A stretch of DNA of 64,000 bases from NCBI RefSeq assembly GCF_018977255.1, contig NW_024704742.1:137702001-137766000 (forward strand), in the 5' to 3' direction. Positions within the stretch are counted from its first letter, which is position 1, and every line of letters begins with the position of its first letter. Below are positions 22,201-34,959 of this stretch, in pieces. This DNA comes from Callorhinchus milii (lineage: Eukaryota). Made by a program: the position numbers and the translations under genes. Below the pieces are notes generated by a model. That model saw only the letters and a list, made by a program, of their open reading frames with translations, searched no databases and was not told the origin of the DNA.

Positions 22201-25200
22201 AGAGTGGAAATAAAAGCCTATTTATAAGCAACAAACTGTTTTCATTCCTTATCAGTCATTTTCTCATGGAAATATGTTCTGCTGCTGGAGAGAGCCTGTG
22301 TTGCATTAGTTTTTACAAGGGAACCATCTTGCAAAAGTGAAAGGTCGCCTCATCAACAGCTCGAGGATGGAGTGGAGGGAGAGGTGAGAGCAAAGATGGT
22401 CAGCAACAACCCATGGCATAAACTGAGATCGATTCGAAGGAGAAAAAAGAAATTGGAACTTGGAGTCGCGAATCATATTCCAGCTTCTAAAGAAGGAAGA
22501 TCAAGATTGTGATTTAAACAACTCTAAATGTGCAATAATACCTGGATATGTTTGGGTGATATCCAACTGGGAACCGTACAATAATACTTGGATCCCTTTT
22601 GATGGACATATATTTGGATTAAAAAGGATACATTAAAATGGACGTTACATTGGACATTGCTCCTCTATCTCTCCCACACGATGTGATTAATAAGTCTTAA
22701 ATCGTTGTGAACTACAGGATACGTCAGCATAATTCGATGCATTTTAGTTACTTATAACCATTATTAATCTGAATTAATAAACCTTGGTTAATTGCATAAC
22801 ATTTTTGTCAGTCCTTACTTCGCCACATGGTAAATAAATTAACCCTCACAACAGGATTTAGTGTAAAGTGTAGTGATGGCGTATTTTGTAAGAATGCACC
22901 AGACAATGTGCACACAGGAACTTCCCCACAAACAATCATGGAGTGAATGATCAAGTTTATTGAGGGGATTGATGGCCAGGGCACCGGGAGACACCATCTT
23001 CTCTGAAGGGTCCAAACCTCAGCTCGGCCACAACAGTGTGTTTAGTTCTGGGCAGCGAGTTACAGGAAGGATATAAAAGGCCGAGCCTGGGGGACGAGGG
23101 GACCATAGGAACAGTTGAATAGGAAGGTCTTCAGGCACGACCTGAAGATGGAAAAGGCAATGTGGTGGGATAGAGGAAGAGTGTTCCAGGGTTTTGGAGT
23201 TTTTGGCTGAAAGCTCGGCCACCAACGGTGTAACGGAGAAAACGAGGGACATGCTGAAGCCAATCGAGGGGAGGCAGGGGCGGTAAGCGATTCGGGAAGG
23301 TCGGGAGGTGCCAGAGCATGAAGGGATTTGAAAACGAGTCTGAGGATCTTGAAATCGATCCGATTAGCAATGGGGAGCCATTGACTGGCTTGACTGCTGT
23401 GATGGGGGATACAGAGCTTAGTACAGGTGAGTAAGTGGGCAGCAGAGTATTGGATCAGCTGGATCCTGTGTATGATGGCACTGGAGAGAGCGGCAAAGAG
23501 GGCGTTTGAAAAGGTGAGTCGGGAGGGCAGAGCTAAACCACATTGCAAGGGCTCGAGTATGGAGTGGAGGGAGAGGTGAGAGCAAAGATGGTGAGCAACA
23601 ACCCATGGCAGAGCTTTGGCAAGGAAGGGCAGGTTGGAAATGGGTCGGTAATTTATGTGTTTGAAAGGTGCTTTATAAGGGCAAGTTGTTGTTTTACACT
23701 TGACACAACCTCTTTGTGTGTGTGTTTGTGTGTGTGTGTCTGTCTGTGTGGGAGTGGGTGTTTGTCTGTCTGTGTGTATTTGTGTGTGTGTGTGTGTGTG
23801 TGTGAGTGAGTGTGTGTGCGGGCAGTGTGAGTTGGGGTGAGTTGGTGTGTTTCTATGTGTGTGTGAGTGTGGACTCTGTGCTGCTGAGATAGCAGGAGCT
23901 GAGTGGGAAGAATCGCTGCTCTCAGTAGTGCAGAGTAGACACCAGTTGGTCATTTGGGGACGGTGTCTCTTTGGGCTTTTCTGGCTGCAAAGTTAGATGT
24001 TTGGCAACGGAATGCGATGGTCTCGAGTTCGGTTCAGTGCTGCGAAGGTCTGCAGTGGGTCTGCACTTGGAAGGGCAGAGCAGTCACTGGGGGCAGGGAA
24101 TCCTCCCACTCAGCTCCTGCTAACCCTGCAAGTCAAAGCCCTAACAGTGAGGGTGGTCCAAGCTGGAGAGGGAAGCAGGAAGCTTTCCAGATACAGGGCT
24201 CAACAGCAATTAGGAACTTGGAAGTGGATGTAACAGTGAAGGGATTAGAAAGACGCTCTCACCTCTCTGAACACTGACAGCAATGTCCGACACCATCACC
24301 TAAAGAGACCAAAGAAAGATGAGAGATTGATTTAGATGGTTTGCTGATGACGTTCGTTAGTGCACATGTTATTATAGGGAAAGACTTGTGCAAACCCTCC
24401 TCTTCCTGTTGTGTGGTGTAACCATGGTTACTGAAGCAGGAAGCCAGGCTCATATCACCATCCAAAGCCATTAGCTCCACTGTGTCTGTGCTGGTGCTCT
24501 CTCCCCCACTGGAGCTCTCTACCCTAATCCCATCCCTGCTCTCTCTCCCCATGGCGTCTGTGCTGGTGCTCTCTCCCCCACTGGAGCTCTCTACCCTAAT
24601 CCCATCCCTGCTCTCTCTCCCCATGGCGTCTGTGCTGGTGCTCTCTCCCCCACTGGAGCTCTCTACCCTAATCCCATCCCTGCTCTCTCTCCCCATGGCG
24701 TCTGTGCTGGTGCTCTCTCCCCCACTGGAGCTCTCTACCCTAATCCCATCCCTGCTCTCTCTCCCCATGGCGTCTGTGCTGGTGCTCTCTCCCCCACTGG
24801 AGCTCTCTACCCTAATCCCATCCCTGCTCTCTCTCCCCATGGCGTCTGTGCTGGTGAAGGAGAGATTGATAGCTCCAATAATTGTTACTGGGCACTTTGT
24901 GTGAGGATAATAATAATAATAAACCTTGCATTTGATATAGCGCTTTTCACGTCTTCTCGGCATCTCAAAGCGCTTCACAGAACACACTGTAAAGTGAATT
25001 GACTGTACATTTGTGCAGCCAATTGCGCACAGCAATGTCCCACAAACAGTCGTGGATTGATAATGACCAATTTATTATTGTTTTGTTTTGGAGGGATTAT
25101 TATTAGGCTCTGTGTGGAGTAAGGAAACTTGCCCAAGGTTTCGCCCTCTGCCTGGAATTGAACCCCAGGTGTCTCGCTTGCAAAGCGAGTGCTCTAACCA

Positions 25201-28200
25201 CTGAGCTGCAGGACATCAGGTTTCCATGTGTTTCTCTCTGCCTCTCTAACTGTATGTGGGGATTTATCTCCTAACAATCAATGGATATTGCGACACCCTG
25301 TCTGTGCTGGCGCTCAAGTGAATAAGGTAATAGGAGGATATCTGATGATTAGGTAACAGCAGAGGGAATATCTCGCCTGTGGTTATCAGGATCTGGGGCG
25401 ACCCGTCCTGTGTCTGAGCAGATACCCAGTGTGTGGATACACAGCGTTACACAGCAATTACAATTGAAAGTGAATGCTGTTATGGAGGTAACCGCGGCAG
25501 ATAATCTGCTGAGCCAGAGGTGAGAGTGCGAGCGGCTGAGACAGACTCACTTGGAATAAACATTACCTTTGTCTGTAAACACCTACCTCTCTTTACCCGC
25601 CAGATAATGATGGCAGTCACCAGAACGAGCAGCACCACAATGGATACCACGATATATACAGTCTGACCACCATTGCTCTGTGGTCCAGGTGCGAGGATGT
25701 CTCGGGCGTCTCTGCCCTGTGTGTTCTCAGCTACACAGTGGTAAGTTCCCCTCAGCCTCGGGCCCCGGATCTCCCCCACGGTTTGATGCTTGTCCGGTAC
25801 ATGTGTGACTGGCGTGTGGCTGGTGTTAATGGGCAGCGTGTTATTCTCAGGGTCGATCCATGTGATGTTGGCCGGTGGTTCCCCCTCAGCCGAGCACACA
25901 ATGTCACCTCCGGCCACGAGGGACAGACTCAGGATAACGGCCGGAGCTTCAGGTATAAAGAAACACAGAGATATTCAAACCAAACCACTGTCCCCATCGT
26001 GTCTGTGCTGGTGCTCACTCCCCCACTGGAGCTCTCTACTCTAAGTCCTTCCCTTTTGCAGTAGATTTTCATGTTGTTCACAATCTTCCCTTTCAAACAC
26101 AAAATTCCTTTTTCCAATATTCAAGTCTATTCGGGTCCCAGGGCCTTGGGACTTCAACCTTCACTTCACCCCCTCCTGCTCTACCTCTGCTGACTTCTCC
26201 TCCCTCATCTTCTCCCTCAACATCTCCCTCCACATCCACTCTGCCACCCAATTCCGCGGTTACCCCCTCAACCTGGAGATCACTTGGGGTCGTCTTGTCT
26301 CGTATCTCACCATCACCGACAAAGCCATCTGGGACCATCACTTCATCTCCCTTAACTCCTCAATCCCTCTCCCCACCGCCATCCAACCAACTTCAATCAC
26401 CCACCACCTCTGGAAAAAAATCTCCCTCTCCCTCTTTGCCTGTCTACTCACGGACATCATAAACCTCTCTCTGCCCACTTGTACCATTCGCACCCCTTTA
26501 ATATCATTCATCATCACTCCTCTCCTTAACAATACCTGCCGTGGACCCATTCCTGTTCTCAAATTGCAGCCCTATCTCCAACCTCCCTTTCCTCTCCAAA
26601 GTCCTGGAAAGAGTCGATGCTTCCTATCTTCGTCTTTCCTTTCCAGCCACTCCCTTCACGAACCCCTCCAATCAGGTTTCCATGCCACCCACAGCATGGA
26701 AACAGCCCTGGTCAAAGTGACAAATGACATTCTGTTCATCGGCAACGAGCGCTGCCTCTGCCTCCTCATTCTCCTTGACCTCTCTGCTGTCTTTGGCACT
26801 GTTGACCATTCTATCCTCATCTGCCGCCTCTTCTCTCACCTCAACCTTCACGGTTCTGTCCTTGAATAGTTGATATCGTACCTCTCACAATGCCTCCACT
26901 TAATCTCCAAAAACATTTTGTCCTCTAGCCCCGCACCGTCTCGTGCGGAGTTCCTCAGGGCTCTGTCCTTGGTTCCCTCCTCTTCAATATCTATATGCTC
27001 CCTCTTGGTGACATCATCCGCAGACATGGGGTCAACTTCCACATGTATGTGGATGACACCCAACTCTCCTCTCTGCCTCCACCCTTGACTCCAGGACCCA
27101 CTACTCTCCTGACACAATGTCTGTCAGACATCAAGTCCTGGATGAGAGCGAACTTTCTACAGTTGAACGTCGACAAGATCGAGGCTCTCCTGATTGGCTC
27201 CCGTCAGCGACTCCTCACCTCAGGCGCTGACAGCATTACCGTCCATGTTGCACACTCCACCTCACTGAGCAGCACGGATCCTTGGGGTCTTGCTGACCCT
27301 CAACTTTCTGCCTTTCTGTCCCACATCTGTGCCATGACCTGCTCTGCCCTCCCCTGCATCCACAATATCGCCCGGCACCGCCACTGTCCCATACCACAAG
27401 CCACTGAAACCCTCATACAGCTTTCATTGCATCCCGGCTTGACTGCAAACTCCTTGTTTGTCGACCTCATCACCTCCTCCCTCCATAGTCTACAGAACAG
27501 TCAGAACTCTGCAGCTCATGTCCTCTCCCACACCATACCCTCTAAGCCCCATCCTGGCCCGACTTCACTGGCCTCCCAACACACAGAGGATACAGTTCAA
27601 AATCCTAGTCATCACCTTTCAAAGCCCTTGAAGGCCTCGCTCCCCCCTACCCCTGTGACCTCCTAACACACTATCAACCTCCTCAATCCCTCCGCTCAGC
27701 GGGCTCCAGCCTGCATCACGTCCCCCGCCTGCACTCCCCACCAATGACGGGCCGGCCTTCAGCCACTCTGCACCCACCCTCTGCAACTCCATCCTGCAGT
27801 GCCTCCACATCACCTCTGCCTTGCCTCTTTGAAGACGCATCTCAAGACCCTCCTCTTCAACCGTGTTTTTGATCAACACCCTTCCCCCATTGCCCTTCAC
27901 GCTCCCCAATCCCGACCCCCAGCTCGAGTCCAACACACCAACTTTCCAGGGCTTTGGGCCTGACATGAAAGACAATATACAAATTTACTTTGTTGTATTT
28001 TGTTTCTTTAGATATTTGTTAATAAGAAATATCTAAGATCAAATGTGAAAAAAAATTAGTATTTCAGACATTTGATAACCACAAGAGCACAAGAGAGGTT
28101 TGTGTGAAGAAAGTGTCCGGCCTCAACCACCCTTCCTGGTAACCGCTTCCAGCCATTAATTACCCTCTGGGCAAAGAAATACTTCCTGTTCTTATTTTGA

Positions 28201-31200
28201 CCTTCACAACCCTGACCCTGTGCCCTCCTGACGTACCTGAGAGCAATGACGTATTTCTTATCAAATCCGTGAAGAAAATCAGTCAGTTCTACACTGTCTG
28301 CTGTTGGGAAGCTAAATATCGCCTTCTAATAGTATGCGGTGTCTGGGATGGTAACCAGTCTGTCTTGTTCTGACACCGATGGACCTGGTCGTGTGTTTAA
28401 GTTTTGCTTTACTCGGAGGGTAATCAGGGATTGGAACAGGTGGCCAGGAAGGGTGGCTGAGGCCAGGACACTGGGACTCATTTAAAAAGCAGTTGATACT
28501 GTGATTGGGGGGGGGGGGGTGGTGTTCTGTAAGGATAAGACCAGATGGACCTTCTTCATTCAGACCAATCCTGGATCTTGTGAAAAACACATTATTTATC
28601 GTTGGGAAGCTTCCCGCTGCTTGTCCAGCGAGGATCACCCTGGGCTTTAGCTTGTAGGGTTAACAGGAGACAAGTGGGAAGAAACCCTGTCCCCAGTAAC
28701 AAACTAAAGTCTCCTCCTTTTGATACCATGTTTCTTGTGCTAATTAACACATGAGGAACAGGGTAAGGAATGAGACACCTCGTCTGTAACATTGCGTCAC
28801 TGATGACCTGTTCATTCACCCCTTTCCGTGTCCCACAGAGACAAGAGATCTCTTACCAACAACCTGCAGCCGTGACATGTCCTGTGTCACCTGGTCCTGA
28901 TGGGATCCTTCCATTATAAACATGACGTGTACGTGACAGAAATACCGGCCGGTGTCGTTTAACTCCAGGCCCCTGATCTTCAGGGAAGCGTCTCCATCTC
29001 CCACATTCCTGACCAGCTTGTAGCGATTTCCTTCATTCACTGTCTCTGACTCCCCGGAGTTGGTGCGGGCGGTGAGGCCAAGAGTGTAATTAAACACCAG
29101 CTGCCCATGTGGCCTCCCTCTCCTCCAAAGCACTGTGACTGTGGCACGATTCTGGTATGTGTTGGGGATGGTGAAGGAGCAGGGCAGTGTGGCATCACCT
29201 CCCTTGGTACCAGTCACTGACCGGAGCTTCTCTTCATGACCTGAGACAGGAACAGGATTGGAATAGTGCAGAGCAGTCAGTGTGACAGAGTACATGTTAC
29301 ACACTGTGAAATCCTGGATATGTTACCTGCTCTTCATGGCACCATCTCCCTCAGGCCTGTGCTCCTCACTCACCCTCTATGAGCCTATGGGCAGCACAAG
29401 GTCTCACACACAAAACCTGGGATTTTTTTAGGTCCAATAAAATAATTACTGGCAAGTGTAGTGACTGTTTTGCAGCGAATTTACTCAGATGATGGACCCC
29501 CCAATGGTCATGAAGACTCCAGGATTCTACCCTGCACCCTGAAAGTTTATGAAAAGCCAATTCAGATTGAGGATTGTTGGTGAAGACCGAAGGAGAAAAC
29601 CCCTCCTCATGTGTTGGGGCAGCCGATTGCCTGATACATACAGAAATATGTCACCATTGTAAAGAGTATCTAAACCAGAGAGTGAGTACTACATATATAT
29701 CCACTCTGAGTATCTAATTCAGAGAGTATTATGCACATGTTGGCAAGTGCAAGGCTTGGGGACACCAGAGTATGTGTTTGGGGCAATTTGGAATTCAACC
29801 AACGAAAACAGCATAATATTAATAATAATAATAAGAATTATTATTGATACAGCGCTTTTCATGTCTTTAGATGTCTCTGTTCCCTGTGATGGACGGTGTG
29901 TAGCAGAATATGCTGTAAAGTGAATTGACTGTATATTTGTGGGTGAAATGCAGCAGCCAAGTGCGCACAGCAGTGTCCCACAAACAGTCGTGGATTGATA
30001 ATGACCAATTTCTTTTTCTCTTGAGGCATTATTATCAGGTGTGTGGCGTCAGGAAACTTGCCCAAGGTTTGACACTGCTGGGAATCGAACTCAGGCCTTC
30101 TCGCTTGTGAGGCGAGTGCTCTAACCACTACACTACAGGACTCCACAGCACAGTTGGCCAGTGACGGCACTGTGTGGCAAGCTTCCTGCTGCTTGTGTAG
30201 ATCTGTGGTGTTATTGAGCTGAGTGGGAATGGTCGCGCCCAGTGACTGGTCTGCCAATGAGGCTGATGCCAAATCAGCAGTGCCCTGGAGTACTGCGACC
30301 GCCTGGCTCAGGAACCAGACTAGAGACCCCCACAGAGGGTTGACTCCTGCCCGACGTCCTGTGGCCTGGTATGTCACTGTGGAGCCAGTCCCTGCTTTAC
30401 ACCGGCTTTTTTGTGGTGGGAGAACCTTACAGGGCAGTTTGTGACCTGCCAGCCACCTTGATGTTCTCGAGATCCATTGCCAGGTCCCAGGCTTACTGAT
30501 CACCAGCTGCTGAATCCAGGTCCTCATGTGAGGGGCCTCGGCAAATAGACAACCCCACAGTGAGGCCGCCTCAGCCACCAGGTGCTCAGTGACAGGTCAG
30601 TGTACAGCACAGCCCTCCCTTCCTGCAGCCGCTCACTCACTGTCACCTGTCAGCTCCCTGCTACACACCGTCCATCACAGGGAACACTGGCTCTCTATTG
30701 CCCGTCCTGGGACGGGACACTTCCCACTGACTCCGGCCCCAGTGAGGAACGTCACGTCTCATTCCCACTTCCCATCGTTCCTCACCTGTAACAATCAGAC
30801 GTGCTCCGGGGTCAGTTTCAAACTTTCCGTCCCCACCCTGGAGCTCCACACGACAGGACCACAGCTTATTATTGTCCTCTCCCCTCAGTTGGTTTATCTT
30901 TATTGTAGCGTCGTTTCTCCTCGGGTTCCCAATCACTCGATATCGCTCTCCCTCGTTTACATCAATGACATTTTGATACTTTCCCTGTGAATCCGGCCTA
31001 TAATTTGTATATTTAATATACACAGGACCAGTCCTTCCTGCCTTCCACATGATGGTGATGTTCCCTGTGTATCTGGGGTGAGGGGGAGTGAACTTGCAGT
31101 ACACAGTGACCGGTGACCCTAACCTGCCGGTCACTGTATCGGGGGTCTCCATCGTCCAGCCATTCCTACTGAGCCCTGTGAGGACACACATGGTGTAATG

Positions 31201-32453
31201 TGAACCAGAACACAACATAAAAGCAAACAGGTAACACTGAGCTTGTACAAGAGCTTGGTTAGGTCACAGCGGGGAGTAATGTGGATAGTATTGGGATCCC
31301 CACTGTAAGAAGGATAAAAAAGTGATGGAAAAGTTGCAGCTTAGATTCACTGCGATGTCCCCAGGGTTTAGCGGTTTAAGTTTGTAAAGGAGATTTGAAA
31401 GGTTGGGGCTTTTTTAGCAAACTGAGAAGGTTAGGGGTGACCTGATAGCGGTCGCTAAACCTCAAAGAGTCACAAAAGATTTTCCTCTCATCAGCCAGTC
31501 AGTCACAAGAGGAATAAATCTAAAACAATCACAAAAAATTAACTAAGAGAGGGTTAGAAACCTTCACTTTACACAGAGAGGATGGGATTGTGGAATCCTC
31601 TGCCACAGACGGAGTTGAGGCAAAGTCCGTCAATAATAATAATGAGTCTTGCAGTTCATACAGGTTTGATCACATCTTCGAGATGTCTCAAAGTGCATCA
31701 TAGAATACACTGTAAAGTGAATTGACAGTATATATTGTGGGCGAAACGCAGCAGCCAATTGCGCAGCTGTGTCTCACCAACAGTCGTGGATTGAACAACA
31801 TATTTATAATTTTTTTTGAAGGAATTATTCCCCACGAAAATGTGAACCACCAATCAACTAACAACCAGGTTCCTACTTACTGCTAAGTAAACAGAAGCGT
31901 GTGGTGAGAGGAAAATTGCCCAACTTATGCTAATTGAACCCAAGTCTCTTGCCTGCGAGGCGAGTGCTCTAACCACTGAGCTACAGGAATCCACAGTCAA
32001 GTCAATAAAAGGGAATTGATGTTCGAAGAGGAGGAAATTAAATGGTGTTGGGGGGAGGGAGAGTGAGCGAGACACAGGGTGGGACTCAGCGTCATGTGAA
32101 CAAAATAAAACTTGTCAAAATGGAATGAACGGGCGGAGGGGCTGTTTTCATGCTATAAAAATACCATCATACCTTTCATGTCGGGAGGACATCAAGAGAG
32201 GGGTGAGGGGAAGGGACTGTGGGATGGAGTTCCAAAGGGTGAGGCAAACACTTACACTGTGGGGCTCAGTGAGTAACACAGTTCTGTTCAGTTTAGAGAC
32301 GGGAATCTTATTTGCAGGAGATATCACATGACTGTAATTATTGCAGTAAAAGGTAAAGCAGTAATTAAAGCCAGTCAGGTTTCTGATTGGAAAGTACGTA
32401 CGGGAGGCAGAGGCTGACAGGACCAGGGTACAGAGCACAGCTCCCAGCATCAT
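16154..32453 (-). CDS. SIGLEC15-like: Gene B: Siglec-15-like inhibitory-type receptor (leader-V1-V2-C2/neutral TM-multi-ITIM tail), about 506 aa
   Basis: Exons 32453-32402, 31175-30786, 29240-28857, 25946-25587, 24299-24263, 21951-21899, 21304-21245, 20224-20165, 18756-18721, 16873-16838 and 16206-16154 total 1521 nt in one frame with AG/GT boundaries. Motifs are VIYSVF, VIYSVV and VIYAVV. Which tail exons are actually used is inferred. Confidence 0.8.
16838..16873 (-). CDS. Gene B 36-nt cytoplasmic mini-exon ([12 protein letters not shown]), copy 2
   Basis: TACTAAT branch-like motif, TCTCTCTCTCCTTCCCAAG acceptor and GTGAGT donor; phase 1-1. Confidence 0.65.
18721..18756 (-). CDS. Gene B 36-nt cytoplasmic mini-exon ([12 protein letters not shown]), copy 1
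   Basis: Same splice signals as 16838-16873; part of a 1883-bp tandem duplication. Confidence 0.65.
20165..20224 (-). CDS. Gene B 60-nt ITIM mini-exon ([20 protein letters not shown])
   Basis: TCTCTGACAG acceptor and GTAAGA donor; phase 1-1; canonical VIYSVV. Confidence 0.75.
21245..21304 (-). CDS. Gene B 60-nt ITIM-like mini-exon ([20 protein letters not shown])
   Basis: Paralog of 20165-20224, 1080 bp away; GTAATT donor; the Y+3 residue is Phe. Confidence 0.65.
21718..21770 (-). CDS. Candidate cytoplasmic exon [18 protein letters not shown] (phase 1 to 0)
   Basis: CACACACAG acceptor and perfect GTAAGT donor. It is frame-compatible on entry, but it has no unambiguous phase-0 partner exon. 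Confidence 0.45.
21899..21951 (-). CDS. Gene B cytoplasmic exon 2 ([18 protein letters not shown])
   Basis: TTTTCTCTTTTTTTCAG acceptor and GTAACT donor. It is phase 2 to 1, which restores the frame after the 37-nt exon. Confidence 0.72.
23040..23650 (-). mobile_element. L2 fragment
   Basis: [10 protein letters not shown] and RIDFKIL motifs in ORF 23060-23953. Confidence 0.75.
23710..23880. repeat. (TG)n-rich microsatellite
   Basis: Seen directly. Similar tracts occur at about 2240-2500, 36460-36720 and 59380-59470. Confidence 0.85.
24263..24299 (-). CDS. Gene B cytoplasmic exon 1 ([12 protein letters not shown])
   Basis: CTTTCTTTGGTCTCTTTAG acceptor and GTGAGA donor; 37 nt, phase 1 to 2. 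Confidence 0.7.
24482..24856. repeat. 72-bp minisatellite (about 5 copies) in the TM-cyt1 intron
   Basis: 24-aa periodicity in ORF 24259-25035; about 4 copies at about 60080-60380. Confidence 0.92.
25587..25946 (-). CDS. Gene B C2-set plus uncharged TM exon
   Basis: The C2 part is nearly identical to gene A. The TM is [20 protein letters not shown] followed by RVKR; GTAGGT donor; 360 nt. Confidence 0.88.
26150..27980 (+). mobile_element. Degenerate L2 (RT half)
   Basis: QSGF..HSMETAL and YVDD motifs with frameshifts; duplicated at about 61700-63490. Confidence 0.85.
28857..29240 (-). CDS. Gene B V2 exon
   Basis: 384 nt with the same splice sites as gene A V2; [18 protein letters not shown]. 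Confidence 0.9.
30786..31175 (-). CDS. Gene B V1 exon (retains F-strand Arg, WSCRVE)
   Basis: 390 nt; CGT codon at 30850-30852. Confidence 0.9.
32402..32453 (-). CDS. Gene B proximal leader exon
   Basis: [17 protein letters not shown] plus GTACGT donor. Confidence 0.82.
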
Positions 32454-33559
32454 CGTCCCTCACTCAGGACACACTCCTTCCCCGCGCACGTCTGCCTCGC
32501 ACTGGCACAGCTGGTCACCCTTCTCTTTCCTTCCTCCTCTCGTTCTGTGGTCAACACCAGAGCTCCAACCCCCACATCCGCTTTGTTCTGATGCTCCGTC
32601 ATGTTTCTCCCCAACACTAACCCGCCCTCACCCCCTGTCACAGTAACTGGGTGACTTTTAATGCTCTATTACATTTCACACCCTTTTTATATTCGCAGCG
32701 TTTACATGGGAACACAAGAATTTGCTGATGAAGACAAAGGTCCATCTTGTTTGCCTTCCACCATCCTGGCAGTCGCTTGACGTGTCATGTCCCAGTGTAT
32801 CCCAAGATATTATTTTTCTAGCAGAACTCTAATTTGTTCTTGAAACAGACAACTCTCTTTGCTTCCACCATCTTCCTCAGGAACCTTCCATAAGTTTCCT
32901 ACTCTCTCACTGAAATACCGATCAAATGTTTTAATAACCTTTCCATTTCTGTATTTGATGCAGAATTTGTAATGTTAGAAAGTCTTGAAGGTTTTCAACA
33001 GATCGTGACTGTGTTCATGGACAAACACAGCAGCGAGTTTGCAAACAGCGATATCACAAAAACAGCCAGAAGGTAAATGAACCATTAATCTGGTTGATTG
33101 TCGCGCAGGAAGCCGGGAGGAACTCGCTTCTCTTTTCCATCAGTGTCGATGGATCTTTAATGTCAGGCAAACAGGTCCTTGGTTTAACGTCTCATCTGAA
33201 GGACGGCAACTCTGACGATGTACAGCTCCCCCTGTGCTGGAGCATCAGCCTGGACTCTGAGCACAATCCCGACATGGGCACGAACCCAGGCTTTAGACCC
33301 AGAGGCGAGAGTGTGACTGACTGAGCCAAACTGACTTCCTGCGTTATGTTAAGGTCAGAGAAGTGGAGCTGCTGTCCATGTGATTTGTTGGTTTACAGCA
33401 CAGAAGCCTTCCCCCCCTCTGCTGTCTGTGCTGGTGATCGCTCTTTACTGGGGCTCTAGCTTCTCTTTTCCATTAATGTTGAGGGATCTTTAATGTCAGG
33501 CAATTGGGTCCTTAATTAGGGACGGCGTTGTTGGTACTTAGAAAATCGTAACATGATTA

Positions 33560-34448
33560 GGCAGAGTCAACATGGCTTTGCGAAAGGGAAATCATGTTTA
33601 ACAAATCTTTTAGAGTTTTTTGAGGATGTAACTGGCAGATTACATAGAGGGGAAACCAGCAGATGTGGTGTATTCGGATTTCCTGAAGGCATTCGACAAG
33701 ATGCCAAATATAACACTTTTGCATAAGATTACAACCCATGGGATTGAAGGAAATATATTAGCATGGATTGGAGAGTGGCTAACAGGAAGAAAACAGAGAG
33801 TAATGTTCAACAGTTCCTTCGCAGATTGGCAGGATGTGACTAGTGGGGTGCCACAAGGATCAGTGCTTGGGCCTCAGTTATTTACAGTCTATATCAATGA
33901 TTTACCTGAGGAAATAGAACTTAACCTATCTAAATTCGCGGACGATACAAAGCTAGTTGGGAGAGTAAGCTGTGAGGATGACAAATGAAGAATGCAAAGG
34001 AAAATAGACAGGCGAGGTGAATGGGCAAGAATGTGGCAGATGGAGTATAATATGGGGAAGTGTGAAGTTATTACCTAGTTGGTAAAAATAGAAAAGCGGA
34101 TTATTTTCTAGAGGCGGAGAGACTAGGTAGTGTTAAAAAGGACATACTCGCCTTAGAGGGGGTACAGAATTGTACAACGTAGATTCACTAGATTGGTTCC
34201 TGGGATGAGGGGATTGGCCTATGAGGAGAGATTGAGTAAACTGTGAATGCTGTGGATGCTCAGACCTTGAACATATTCAAGACTGAGGTTGATAGATATC
34301 TAGAGGATAGAGGAATTAAGGGATATGGGGATAGGGCGGGTAAATGGAATTAAGTTAGAAGATCAGCCATGATCTTATTAAATGGCGGAGCAGGCTCAAG
34401 GGGCTGAATGGCTTACTCCTACTTCTACATCTTATGGTCTTATGGTCT
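33560..34448 (+). mobile_element. CR1-clade LINE 3' fragment
   Basis: [18 protein letters not shown] and FADDTKL motifs (ORF 33665-33988) and a (TTATGGTC)n tail. Confidence 0.88.
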
Positions 34449-34959
34449 TTCTCGCTGCCTCCACCCTTGCCTCTACCTTTGAATCCAGGACCAATGCTAT
34501 CCTGACAGAATGTCTGTCAAACATCATAAGAACATAAAGATTTGTTAGGCGAAAGAAGACCAAGGGGTCTTCGCCTTCCACCATCCTGGCAGTGCCTTGG
34601 CATATCATGTCCCAAACTACACACTGTATCCTGAGATATTATTTTCTAGCAGAAATGCATCTTTTTTTTTAATGACATTTTCTGTTTCCACTGTGTCCCT
34701 AGGGAGGCTTTTCATTAGTTTACTATTCTGTCACTTAAATAGTGTTTCCACAGAATTGTTCTGAATTTACCCCCTTCAGTCTTAGTCCACTGTTTCCATT
34801 GTGCAGTACAAAATAAAACAGCTTGTCATGATCTACATTATCTATTTCCTTCAGAATCTTAAAGAACAGTAATCATATCGCCCTCAACCTTCTCTCCTCC
34901 CGTGTGAACATGCCCAGTTTATCTAATCGCTCCTCGTTGTCCAGTCCCTCCATCCCCTC

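Noticed and set aside
23915-23945. GVYSAL ITIM-like word on the minus strand
   Set aside because: An in-frame TGA lies just upstream with no acceptor between, and the Y-2 residue is Gly.
24259-25035. 258-aa ORF with 24-aa repeats
   Set aside because: This is minisatellite read-through. Only the last 37 nt, bounded by splice sites, are treated as exon.
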